Part shown: one piece after another, positions 27,407 to 37,639 of the stretch
Numbering within the stretch: the stretch's first letter is position 1
How the letters are laid out: each line of letters begins with the position of its first letter
DNA from: Mesotaenium endlicherianum
Lineage: Eukaryota
Length of the DNA stretch: 64,000 nt
Assembly: GCA_009602735.1 (NCBI GenBank)
Contig: WELA01002985.1
Span: forward strand, 6,128 to 70,127
Direction of reading: 5' to 3'
The notes under the pieces: model-generated
The model's database searches: none
What the model saw: only the letters and a program-made list of their open reading frames with translations
What the model was told of the DNA's origin: nothing
Position numbers and translations under genes: made by a program

Positions 27407-28435
27407 ATGACGGAGAGAGGTGAGGGAAGCCAGGGAGGCCTGAGCGACTTACGCAATGATGGCGAGCAGGTCAATGGTGAGCAGATTAACGACATCGGTA
27501 GGGCGAGCGCAGCGAGCCAGCTTACTGCTGACGAAATCGCCAAATTACATGCAGAGTTCGTTAAAGAGTACAAAAGCGAACAGGCCGAGCTCAGCAAGGC
27601 GGAATCGGCTGAGCTCAAAGCTGCGCAGCACGCTGCTCATCTCAAAATGGCCAAGTTACAGCAAGCAGTGAGCAAACTAGCGCAAAGCAAGGTCTCGTGA
27701 GCTCACGATGGCGAGGGAGCAGGGACGGACATCCTGCAGCAGCTCAAGCGGCTCAAGAGGAAAAGTGAAGTTGCAGGTGTGGACAAGTTGTCTTAGGGCA
27801 ACCGCGCCCAAATGAAGGTCATGAACAACCTTGCGGAGCTGTGCCACAACGCCCAAGATGCGCTGGACAAGGAAGACATTAAAGCGGCCCAAAGCGCGCT
27901 CACTGAAGGTTTGTCTTTGATAACTTTTCGGCAAAAGCAAATCATTTCCGCGGACTTGCATAGCTGGCCTGTGATTAATGAGGTTGTCAAGTCCATACAA
28001 ACTAAGGATGAGAGCGAGGATTGGGAGAATCGGGTCCAAAAGCAAGTGGCTAAGAGCAAGAAGGACAAAGAGGAGAAGAGGGAGTTTGATTTTAGTAGCC
28101 GCAAACCACGGGCTAGCTCGTATGCGTTTAAGGCTAACCCCCGCGCTCCTAGGATGTTTAGAAATGACTTGAGTTGCTGGCACTGCCACATGGTAGGCCA
28201 CAAATCTCGTTTTTGCCCTTCAGGGCCACCTGATGGCCCAGGCCCCCCAACAGAGGCAGCCTTTGCTAGCACCTGCTCAGGTAGCAAACTTCCAGGGGCC
28301 TTATGGGCCGCCCCAGGGGCCTTATGGCCAGCCCCAGCGTTAATAGCATCTTTTGTTATTTGGAGTGTGAGTAGCTGGACATTGTTAACCAGGCCTTTGG
28401 CCTCCATGGACAAATTTAATCATTGGTATGATTAG
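27407..28435 (+). pseudogene. DIRS Gag-like ORF1 (in-frame stops at 27698 and 27794)
   Basis: ORFs 27293-27700 and 27812-28435 share one frame. GNRAQ...RQKQIISAD..W pattern typical of DIRS/PAT-like ORF1; zinc knuckle CWHCHMVGHKSRFC. Confidence 0.75.
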
Positions 28436-29399
28436 TTTTTTTTTTTTTTTTTTCGGCAAATTGTTGCTGCATTGGTTGGCCACCTAGGCCCCCTGGACAT
28501 TTGGGTGCACATGCTCACGTTGAGAAGCATAACATTGTTGGATGTGGGTGGGATACCACGCCTAGGACTCCACAAATTGTTGTTGGTAATTCTTGTTGTT
28601 ATTGGCTATGTTGGATTGGTTGTTGACTCGGTTCTTGCTTGTGGTCGTTGCATACATGATGGCGTTTGTTGTAAATATTTTTTTGCTGTTTTGTTGGTTG
28701 TTATGGTTGCCGTTACGTTAGTTTGCTTGTTGGGCACAATAGTAGGCGGATGATGCATGTCCCTCTTATCGAGGGACGTACACCGCACGTATGGATGTGC
28801 GTGGGTGGAAGAAAGCCCGTTCAGGCCTCCTAGGTGCTGGCAAATTGCGCACGGATGAAGACCACTCTCATTGAGCGTTGGTTCTCGCGGCTGGTTTTTT
28901 GTTTGTTGGCGTGTCGCCCCTCGCGCATTGGCGCGTTGTATTGCAAGGCTGCTATAGGCCAGAGGAGTGTGGGCAAAAGATTTTCAAAGCACAAATTGAA
29001 TGCACGCGTACTGGCGCAAGTATGCATGAAGGCTCCTGCCAGCCATATAGGCATTGGCAGTAGGAGCACGGTTAGGGACACTTCTATGGAGTTTTGGATC
29101 GCCGCGTATAGAGGGGCTGCAATGCGATGTTGAAAGGGTGCACACTTGTGCCACACAAGTCGGTTGTCGGTGCATGCATAGCGTACCCCGATGCTGCAAT
29201 TGCGGAGCAGGGTAATGGAGGATGCCAATCAGTCGTTGACACGTTCGAGGCATCGTGGCCAAGACCAACCGCGGGTATGCTATATCGTGTGTTGGGTCAT
29301 AGGTAATTTTGTGAGCGACGAGAAGGATTTCTAACACGAACTCCAAGTGTTCTTGGGGCGGAAGGAAGAAGCCGTGCAGTCGGACGGCGTCGCATCGAA

Positions 29400-30910
29400 G
29401 GTACCACCGCAAATAACCGTGATTGCAGGAAATTCGGGAGAAAATGTTGCCTGGTGGAAACGTTGGTGTACGTCTTCCTTAGTCTCTCTACCATTGAGAG
29501 TGGCTACAAGTTGGTGTGGGACACGCATACTGCACCTCGGCATCACCAGCGCAACCATAAAGATGAGGAGAAACACATACAGTTTGCCCGCGAGTCAGAG
29601 GGGGAGCTAGTAGCCTCCGGGGCTGCCAGAGAGTGGACTCTCCCAGGTCTCCCACACTGCATATGCCCCTTTAACGTGGTCGAGGGCAAGAAGTTACGGT
29701 TAATTCATGACCTGTGCCACGTGAGCAAAGCGTTGAAAAAAGTATAATTTAAGTATGAGGGGCTGGATAAGTTAGTCGATGTCGTGCACGTAGACGACTT
29801 CGTGTTTACCATTGACCTCAAATCTGGCTATTATCACGTCAAGATGCACGAAGATGCACATACGTTCTTGGGGTTTGAGCTGGATAAGAAGATTTACACT
29901 TTCACATGTCTCCCATTCGGGCTTGCGATCGCACCTTACGTATTCATACGAGTGGTGAAAGAGCTGGTGGGAAGGTGGAGGCAGATGGGGATACGAGTCA
30001 TAGCATATCTAGACAATTTTCTGGTGAGCTGTTCCAGTGAGGACGCCCACGCGCAAACAATGCGGCTGGTGTTAGGCGAACTCGCACTAGCAGGATTCAT
30101 GGTGAATATGCAGAAGGCAGTACTTACGTCTTCAAAAATCACACATATCTTGGGTGGTGTGATAGACACTCGTAAACTTTGGGTGCACATTGGCAAGACG
30201 CGCAAGGAAAAGCTCCTGCTAACACTCCTCCACGTTCGAGCTATGGCCCACAGGACCAGTAGCGTGCACATTAGAACGATAGCATCATCAGCAGGCCAGC
30301 TTATTTCCATGAAGGTGGCTTTTGGGGGCACCGCGGGCATGTACACACGCCATATGTACACTGTTATCAACCGAGGGTTTACTTGGGATGACATGGTCCC
30401 CATGACTGAAGGGCTGCTCCACGAGCTTGCTTTTCGGGAAGAGCACTTTGATGATTTCAATGGTGCTCCCATTCGGGCCACCATGGCGCTTGATTTTGTC
30501 ATGCACACCGACACTAGCGTGACCACACGGGGCGCAGTACTGAGATCGATGGCCTCAGGGCAGACGTGGGAATTGCTGGGCCCACACCCCGCTGCTTGCA
30601 TCGGGGGATCGTCAACATTAAGGGAGATACTTGCCGCTAAGGCAGCGTTGGATAAAGCCATCCAAGTGATAGGCGGGCGACAAGTGCTCTTGCGCGTTGA
30701 CAGCCAAGCAATGTATTATGTTTTGAGAAACGACGGCTCGTCTAAGGCAGATTTAGCAGATGCTTGTGCTCAAGTATTTGGTATTAGTCTTAGACACCAG
30801 CTCAACTTGTTCATAGAGTGGATTCCTAGGGAATTGAATGCAATGGCAGACGAGCTCTCTAAGCGAAAAGACTTGGACAATTTTTTCCTCCGAGCGGAGG
30901 CCTTTCAAGA
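29400..30910 (+). pseudogene. DIRS reverse transcriptase plus RNase H
   Basis: STIESGYKL, KKLRLIHDL, IDLKSGYYHV, CLPFGL, IAYLDNF (YLDD mutated); RNase H MHTDTS...SSTLRE...RVDSQ...WIPRELNAMADELSK. Confidence 0.92.
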
Positions 30911-31302
30911 CTAGAAGCAGAGTGGGGGCCGCATTCGGTCGATAGATTTGCCATAGCAAGCAACACGCGCCTGTCGAGGTTCAATTCTAGGTGGCTAGAG
31001 GTGGGCGCTGAGGCCATAAATGCCCTCACCGAGCACTGGGCAGGTGAAAACAACTATTGTTTTCCACCACCTCAGATGGTCGCTCCAGTAGTCGACCACA
31101 TGCTGCAATGCAAGGCCAAATGCACGCTAGTGATACTCCAGTGACAGTCAGCCAGCTGGTGGCCGCGGTTGCTAGATAGCGATGCAGAGTGGATAGATTG
31201 TGTGCAGGCGAGCATTACGCTAGGCTATAGCTCCTCGATTTTGTTGCCTGGCACAGACAAGGCTGTGTTTGGGGGCAAGGGCATCCCTCTGTGCATGGTG
31301 CT
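30911..31302 (+). pseudogene. DIRS-associated N6-adenine methyltransferase-like domain (absent from the ORF track; 1-bp frameshift at ~30911, stop at 31142)
   Basis: Manual translation: LEAEWGPHSVDRFAIASNTRLSRFNSRWLEVGAEAINALTEHWAGENNYCFPPPQMVAPVVDHMLQCKAKCTLVILQ*QSASWWPRL. The DxFA, FPP and WWP motifs match the DIRS MT domain. Confidence 0.8.
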
Positions 31303-31805
31303 TGTAGTGATTTGAGTTATTATATATTAGTTTGCATATATTTTGATGTTTTCAAATATATTTGGAGTAGTATTGTGTGGATTCGTGTGTGAATAGGTAC
31401 TCTAGTAACTTGGTTCATGTCCTTTGAACCTTCTAAGGCATTTTCGAAGTTAAAGGAAAGACCTAGAAGAACTCCACGTGGCAAAAGTCAAATGTGCCAT
31501 TTTTAGGTCAAAAGGACATGTGTACATTATTGTAAAAAGAGGTGGCAAATTTTGGGATGTGTTGGGTGCCAACACATTAACATACACCTTCTTAGAAATT
31601 ACTTATTTAGCAAATATATAAACAAGAGCTAGAACATAGAAAGACATTCCAGAATCACTCTTGTACTTGCCAAAATCCAGGAATATATTAACTTTCAAGA
31701 AGCCATCTCTCTTTCAAGAAGCTACCACTTGTGTTCAAAGATCCTTGTCTTGAATAGATAAACTATTCTGTTTTACTAAGTACTTTATCTATCTGTTTCA
31801 CTACA
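31303..31805 (+). repeat. 5' LTR of element 3
   Basis: Perfect 8-bp terminal inverted repeat; reverse complement of 50049-50549 (~15 substitutions plus one 2-bp indel by manual count). Confidence 0.97.
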
Positions 31806-31806
31806 G

Positions 31807-31818
31807 TGGTATCGGAGC
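31807..31818 (+). promoter_or_regulatory. Primer-binding site TGGTATCGGAGC (tRNA-iMet type)
   Basis: Lies 1 nt after the LTR and is identical to the element 1 PBS. Confidence 0.9.
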
Positions 31819-31842
31819 TAGGCACTTTGGTAGCACAAGAAG

Positions 31843-33123
31843 ATGGCCGATCCTCAAGACCAACAGCAAGCTTTCGAAGGAAGCCCTTCCTCTCCAAGAC
31901 ACCCTCCTCCAGCGCCGATGGGAGAGCCCACTCAAGAAAATCTGCAACAACAAGAAGCACCACAAGGAGGAGCACACCCTCCTCCAGCGTCGATGGGAGA
32001 GCCTACTCAAGGAAATCTCCAACAACAAGAAGCACCACAAGGAGGAGCACCGTCAAATCCCGTGGCAGCCGCTATAGCAAAGTTGACCCCACCACAAGGA
32101 GTTCCCGCAAATGAGTGGGCAGCCTTCCTAATGACCGTCCACAACCAAGTGGGCTTGGCCACCTATGAAGCAACCGTGCAAGCGTCAAGAGAAGCTATGG
32201 CTGCCATGGTTGCCCCTATTGCGAGCAATGCTCAAAATCCAGCCCCGGCTCAAGCGCCTCCACAAGAGCCAACGAGAGCAAGGAAACTCATCAAGCCCGG
32301 CAAACCCGACACTTTCAACCCCGGGAAAGGTGCCAACCTGAATTTATGGCTCTACCAAGTGGAGACGTACCTCGCATTCCTTGAAGTACCCGAGGAGGAC
32401 TACGTTCCCTTTGCCGTTACCTTACTTAGAGGAGCAGCAACATCATGGTGGCGTAACTATCAAGCGGCTATATATCAAGCTATGGCGCACCCCATGCTCG
32501 GCCAAGAGCCCCCACCATCATATGCAAGATGGGCAGATTTTCGTGAGGCCCTCAAGAAGCAATTCATGCCCATCAATGCGGAGAAGATTGCCCGAGGAAA
32601 GCTCCACCATCTCAAGCAAACGACGTCCGTTCAAGAGTATACATCCAGATTTCACGCCCTCACTCTTGAGATCCCCAACATGTCTCTCGAGGAGAAGATT
32701 GACCGCTACATCTTTGGCCTCAAACCCAAGGTGGCAAAGGAAGTGGAGTTACGCGACTTGACGGACTTCTCAAAGATCATTGAAGTGGCCCAAAAGGTGG
32801 ATACCTTGGATTTCAAGCACTCCGTGCCTTCATCTTCACGGGTACCGACGACGCGGGTGTACGCAGCCCCTTCCACATCCGAATCTGGACCCACACCCAT
32901 GAAGATCGGAGTTATTAAAAGGGACCCCGCGGCTGCCCGAAAGAGTGGAAGACCCTCCAATGACACTTATGATGCAAGAAACCAGCAAGGAGTGAAAGCA
33001 AGACTCTCCCCGGCTGAAAAAGAAGCTCTCATGACGGCTGGACTATGCTTCTATTGCAAGGAAAAGGGCCATCGTGCACTTTCATGCCCCAAAAAGTTGT
33101 CAAAAAACGGACAGCGCCGGTAG
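31843..33123 (+). CDS. gag: Gag of element 3, intact 426 aa, with an N-terminal 25-aa tandem duplication
   Basis: KPDTF...WLYQVE...LRGAATSWW...LKQTTSVQEY...[26 protein letters not shown]; 75-bp duplication at 31900-32049. Confidence 0.95.
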   Translation: MADPQDQQQAFEGSPSSPRHPPPAPMGEPTQENLQQQEAPQGGAHPPPASMGEPTQGNLQQQEAPQGGAPSNPVAAAIAKLTPPQGVPANEWAAFLMTVHNQVGLATYEATVQASREAMAAMVAPIASNAQNPAPAQAPPQEPTRARKLIKPGKPDTFNPGKGANLNLWLYQVETYLAFLEVPEEDYVPFAVTLLRGAATSWWRNYQAAIYQAMAHPMLGQEPPPSYARWADFREALKKQFMPINAEKIARGKLHHLKQTTSVQEYTSRFHALTLEIPNMSLEEKIDRYIFGLKPKVAKEVELRDLTDFSKIIEVAQKVDTLDFKHSVPSSSRVPTTRVYAAPSTSESGPTPMKIGVIKRDPAAARKSGRPSNDTYDARNQQGVKARLSPAEKEALMTAGLCFYCKEKGHRALSCPKKLSKNGQRR

Positions 33124-34157
33124 GCCAGGAGCCTACCACCCCAAGACCCACTTCACGAGAAGGCAACACGCCAAGTGAGGTGGAGACCCCCGTTGAAGAC
33201 GACGTCCCAGCCCCAATGATTTTGAGAGGTAGCCTTGGAGGAGAGAAGGTCCACATCTTGCTGGATAGCGGAGCTCAAGGCAACTTCATTGCTGCAAATT
33301 TCGCCACCAAGCACGGTATTACTATGCGAACTCTTGACCACGACGAGGAGATTATGATGCCCGATGGATTCTCCTAGNAGGGCCCCCCGGCTGCCCCCCT
33401 TCGGGGGGCACGTCGCCCCCTGCCCCCCGAAGGGGGGCACCTTGGCCCTATGCGGGGTTATAGGGCGGGGGGGATGATAGACATTTCCCCCGACATCCTC
33501 CCCACAAGAAAGAAAATAGACATCATAGGATCGGGACCCCGAACAGAACAAAATATTTGCCCTTTGGGCTCCCCCCGACATTCCCCCGCCCTACCCTTCG
33601 GGGGGCCCTGCCCAAAGGGCATGTCGGGGGGTACTTGCATAGGGCAGAAGTGCGGGGGGCCCGGAGGTCCCGCAGGGCCCCCCCACCTCTGAAGAGCTAT
33701 TGTGGGGGGGATGAATGTACATTTTTTGGGGGGAAAAATGTACATCCCGAAGGGGTCCGGGAAAATAGAGATTTTTTTGCGGGGGGCCCTCCAAAGGGCA
33801 AAAAATCTAGATTTCTTTGCCCACCCGGACCAGAGGGAGGGAGAGAAAAATCTCTATTTTTCCCGGAAGGTCCTTCGGAAAAATAGAGAGCAGAGAAAAA
33901 TGTACATTCCCTTCGGGACAAAATAGACATTTTCTCGCCCTATGCGGTAAAAAAAGAAAAACCATCTAGATAGTTTTTCCCTTTGAGGGGCACCGAAGGT
34001 CCCCCCCACCTTTGAATTTTACAGGTGGGGTTCTCCAAGGCTTTAGATTCTAGAATGCCCTCTCTCTGCCCTATGTCCCCCCCTGCCGGGAAATCAGAAT
34101 TTTGTCTTCGCCCGCCCACGATACGTGTAAATGGAAAAGAGCATCTGACAATCACAT

Positions 34158-34231
34158 GCATTCTTAGCTCAGCTGGATAGAGCAACAACCTTCTAAGTTG
34201 AAGGTCACAGGTTCAAATCCTGTAGGATGCA
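34158..34231 (+). tRNA. trnR: tRNA-Arg(UCU), mitochondrial type
   Basis: GCATTCT acceptor pairs with AGGATGC; D arm AGCTCAGCTGGATAGAGC; anticodon loop CTTCTAA; T loop GGTTCAAATCC. Confidence 0.95.
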
Positions 34232-35517
34232 TCCCGAAGGGCCGACCCTTAAATATTCTTTGTACTATATGCGCGTCCCCCCACCTTTAGATTCTACTGT
34301 GGGCGGACGGTGTTTTCGAAAAAACAGGGCTTCATACACCGACCTGCTGGAATGAATGAACCCAGATGGCTACCTTGCGCAAAGCCGAGAGGTACCCGCA
34401 GGGCGCTTTCTCCCCTTCCCACCCCCCAAGCGTAAAATCTAGAGGCAAATTTTTAGAGCCCTCCGGAATTCTCGCCAGGAATCTATATTTCCCTGAAATA
34501 GACATTTTCCCCACCCCCTCCGACAATAGATCTTCAGAGGTGGGGCCGCCCAAAGGGCACCTTTTCATTTCTATTGTCGGGGGGCCCCGGCAGGTCATCC
34601 CCCCCACCTCTGAAGAGCTATTGTGGGGGGGATGATGTACATTTTGGTCTCCCCCCGCCCTACCCTGCCCCCCTTCGGGGGGCACCTTGGCCCTATCCGG
34701 GGTCCCGAAGGGCCGTTGGACGGAGGGCCCGAAGGGCAAAAAAGGTAGGGGGGGGGGGCCCCGGGGAAAAAATGTACATTTTTCTTTCCCCTTCGGGAAG
34801 CCTTAGCCTTGGGCTAAGGCTTTAGAGCCAAAGCCTCTCCGGGACAAAATCTAGATTTTGTCCCGGAGGGACCCCCGACATTTCCCTTTGGGCCCGCATA
34901 GGGCAAGGGGGGAAAAATGCTTATTTTGCCCCTCTGGTGATCTAAATTTTGGTTCTTCCCCTACATTTTTTGCCCTTTGGGCAGGGTAGGGCAGAGGGAG
35001 GTCATCCCCCCCACCTCTGAAGAGCTATTGTGGGGGAGATGATCTATATTTTTCACCGGACCTGCCCAAAGGGCCACAAATTGAGAGCCTTAGAGAACCC
35101 CCACAATCGAATTTGAGAGGGGAAAAAATCTACATTTTTTCCCCCCCGACGGGGCAAAAAAATGTAGATCATATGCCCCCACCTCTGCAATTCTATGGTC
35201 GGGGGATATCCGCATAGGGCGGGGGTAAAAGTCTTAATTTCCAAAGGAGAACCCCTTCGGGATGTACATTTTCCCGAAGGGCTTGCCCGGCCCCTGGGAG
35301 GCCCCCCCACTATTAATATAAAATTGTGCGGGTCCGGGAAAATACACATTTTTTGTCCTTTGTCGCCTTTCTCTGGAAATCTTTGCGCCTTTGCCCTTGC
35401 AGTTTTTCATTTCAACTCCGGCCTGGGGTTCTATGATCCCCCCGACAATAGAAATTCAGAGGTGGGGAGGATCATAAAATGCCCGCTCTTTTGACCTAGC
35501 TTTGCCGTTCTGCATCA

Positions 35518-35591
35518 TGTTTAGAAGTGGATTTGAACCACTGACACAAGGATTTTCAGTCCTTTGCTCTAACCAACTGAGCTACCCAAAC
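35518..35591 (-). tRNA. trnF: tRNA-Phe(GAA), mitochondrial type
   Basis: The reverse complement GTTTGGGTAGCTCAGTTGGTTAGAGCAAAGGACTGAAAATCCTTGTGTCAGTGGTTCAAATCCACTTCTAAACA folds as a cloverleaf with anticodon GAA. Confidence 0.95.
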
Positions 35592-35608
35592 TAAATTGAA
35601 CTTAACGT

Positions 35609-36766
35609 ATGCTTTACTCCAAACTACTGGTGATGCAAAAATTCATTAATACAAATGCACATTTAGGATCTCGAACTCCTTCTTCAGATTTTCAACCATA
35701 TTTGTATGGCTTTCGAAATGAAATGGCCATTATTAACTTAGAAAAGACACTTGTGTGCTTGCGAAGAGCGTGTAACGTTATTGAATCCATTATGTCTTCA
35801 GGAGCCTCTAGAGGCACAATCTCTCCCCCCCCCCCCCAAAGACAAAAATGCACATTTTCCCGAAGGGGGGGGGAAAATCAAGATTCTGCAGGGAGCCTTC
35901 GAGGGTCTCTAGATTTTTCCCCATCTTCTGCGTCCATAGGTGTAAACAGCCACTGGGGGGCAGGGCGGCCCGGAGGTCAGGTTCTACGTGGGACGCCGAT
36001 TGGCCTTCGAGCTTCCGGGAAACGCCCAAAGAGGCCCAGAGGTGACCCGGAGGCCCGAAGGCTCCTTCCCAGCTTGCGGGAAAAAACAGACTCCCCGATT
36101 TTGTCGCCTCAGACCTCCCCTTTTTTTCACCCTCCAGCTCTATATAATACCTTAGGTCGAACCAATTTTAACTTGTTTAACACAAGAGTAAAACCTCATT
36201 TATTGTTTGTGAATACTCACTCAGAATATAACTATATTATTCAACATGCAGCTATTGCCACAGGGCAAAGTTATATTAATCATAAGTGGATTGGAGGTTT
36301 ATTGACTAACTGGGCTCACATGCAACATGTGCAACAGCACTTTCAAGAGTTTTCAGCCCATTCGTTGAAAAAGAAAAAAGCCATTCGGTCGTTCGGGCCA
36401 AACGCTAGCCTAAATGATGCTGTTTTGCACAAGGAGGTGAAACGTTTAACCTCGAATTCAAGTGTTCAAGCTAATCTTTTCAAATCTCTACCACGTTTTC
36501 AAAAAATGCAAAAGTGTTTTAAAGGAATTGCTTCTCCCCACCTTCCTGATTGTATCATTATATTAAATGCTACTCACAATTCTATAGCTATCCATGAGGC
36601 TAAGCAGCTGCAAATACCAATTATTTCATTAGTCAATTCAAATATCCCTAATGCATTGCATGACATGATTACTTATCCTATTCCAGTCAATGATGATTCT
36701 GTGCAGTTTGTATATCTTTTTTGTAACTGTGTAATGAAAACCATTCTCTTTTCTAAACGCATTTGA
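35609..36766 (+). CDS. rps2: Mitochondrial ribosomal protein S2 with a ~130-codon in-frame GC-rich insertion
   Basis: NAHLG...YLYGFRNEMAIINLEKT...; LFVNT; WIGGLLTNW; PDCIIIL...AIHEAKQLQIPIISLVNSN...YPIPVNDDS. Confidence 0.92.
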   Translation: MLYSKLLVMQKFINTNAHLGSRTPSSDFQPYLYGFRNEMAIINLEKTLVCLRRACNVIESIMSSGASRGTISPPPPQRQKCTFSRRGGENQDSAGSLRGSLDFSPSSASIGVNSHWGAGRPGGQVLRGTPIGLRASGKRPKRPRGDPEARRLLPSLREKTDSPILSPQTSPFFHPPALYNTLGRTNFNLFNTRVKPHLLFVNTHSEYNYIIQHAAIATGQSYINHKWIGGLLTNWAHMQHVQQHFQEFSAHSLKKKKAIRSFGPNASLNDAVLHKEVKRLTSNSSVQANLFKSLPRFQKMQKCFKGIASPHLPDCIIILNATHNSIAIHEAKQLQIPIISLVNSNIPNALHDMITYPIPVNDDSVQFVYLFCNCVMKTILFSKRI

Positions 36767-37000
36767 CAGACGTTACAAATGTTTTGACATCTTGCCGGCT
36801 TGGCCCGAAAAATGTACATCCCCCCGCCCTCCCCCCCACAATATAGATTAAGAGGTGCCCTTTGGGCGGCAGCCGGCATAGGGCGGGGGGGGGCGGAGGG
36901 GCTCTAGATCCCCCTGGCCGCTAGCTTCAATATGACCTACATAGAGAAAAAAGGCCTTGCCCAAAGGGCCCTCCACAAACCTAGCCCAAAATGGTATTAA

Positions 37001-37639
37001 ATGATGGTCACTCAGATGGTTAAATTCTGTTTCCATGAGATTAGATTAAATCTATCTTCGCTTGCTATTACTTTTACTTTATTTTTATTGTATATTATCA
37101 CAATTCCCTTATTAATCGGCTTTTCTCAAGAGCTTTTATATCATTTTCATCTGGCAATTATTTGGATATGCATTCTGTTCGCTTTTCTTCCTGAACGCTT
37201 TTTGCAAAGTGATTTCGAAGATGGAACACTTGAACTGTACTTTTTAAGCAATTCCCATTTACAACCGATTCTAATTTCTAAATTATTAAGTTACTGGTGT
37301 GTCAAAATAGGTGGCATTGTGTGTACTTTTCCTCTCCTCCAATTGTTGTACCATTTTGAGCCATCTCACTTGATATCCATAACTCTTGTTTTAGGGAGTT
37401 TAGCATTTGCACTTATTTGTGCTATTCATTCATGTCTGACTCTAGGACTAAAGTCAAATACTTGGAACAATATACACCATTTAACTACCTTGCCGACACT
37501 TATGCCTTTAATTATGCTATGTACTTATGCTCAAAGCGAGTCACGAAGCGTTATAGTCTTAATTGGATATTTGGGCTTGCTTTTTTGGATTTATTTAGTG
37601 TTTGTATCGACCACTTTACAGAAAGTTCTAAGCAACTAG
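37001..37639 (+). CDS. ccmB: Mitochondrial cytochrome c maturation protein CcmB
   Basis: Multi-TM 212-aa ORF with WICILFAFLPERFLQSDFEDGTLELY and LTTLPT motifs. Confidence 0.93.
   Translation: MMVTQMVKFCFHEIRLNLSSLAITFTLFLLYIITIPLLIGFSQELLYHFHLAIIWICILFAFLPERFLQSDFEDGTLELYFLSNSHLQPILISKLLSYWCVKIGGIVCTFPLLQLLYHFEPSHLISITLVLGSLAFALICAIHSCLTLGLKSNTWNNIHHLTTLPTLMPLIMLCTYAQSESRSVIVLIGYLGLLFWIYLVFVSTTLQKVLSN

Larger units (their letters stand above)
27280..31302 (+). mobile_element. DIRS-order (tyrosine recombinase) retrotransposon, 5' half
   Basis: Gag-like ORF with CCHC, DIRS-type RT/RNase H and a downstream methyltransferase-like domain. Interrupted at 31302 by a gypsy LTR. Confidence 0.9.
31303..33376 (+). 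mobile_element. Ty3/gypsy chromovirus (element 3), 5' part: LTR, PBS, gag, start of protease
   Basis: LTR 31303-31805 (TGTAGTGA...TCACTACA), PBS at 31807-31818, intact gag. Preceded by GTGCT at 31298-31302. Confidence 0.95.

Noticed and set aside
28472..28753. Hydrophobic 93-aa ORF resembling a small membrane or env-like protein
   Set aside because: Non-ATG start, and it arises from GT-rich low-complexity sequence next to a poly-T run; no other support.
28440..29400. Possible cytosine methyltransferase domain upstream of the DIRS RT, as reported for some charophyte DIRS elements
   Set aside because: Manual translation of the pol frame shows no LFxG, PC, ENV or RxR motifs; it looks like a decayed, unassigned N-terminal extension.
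33380..35500. Many overlapping 60-140 aa Pro/Gly-rich ORFs (also 37700-39460 and 57580-58090)
   Set aside because: By-products of GC-rich palindromic repeats that lack stops; no protein motifs.
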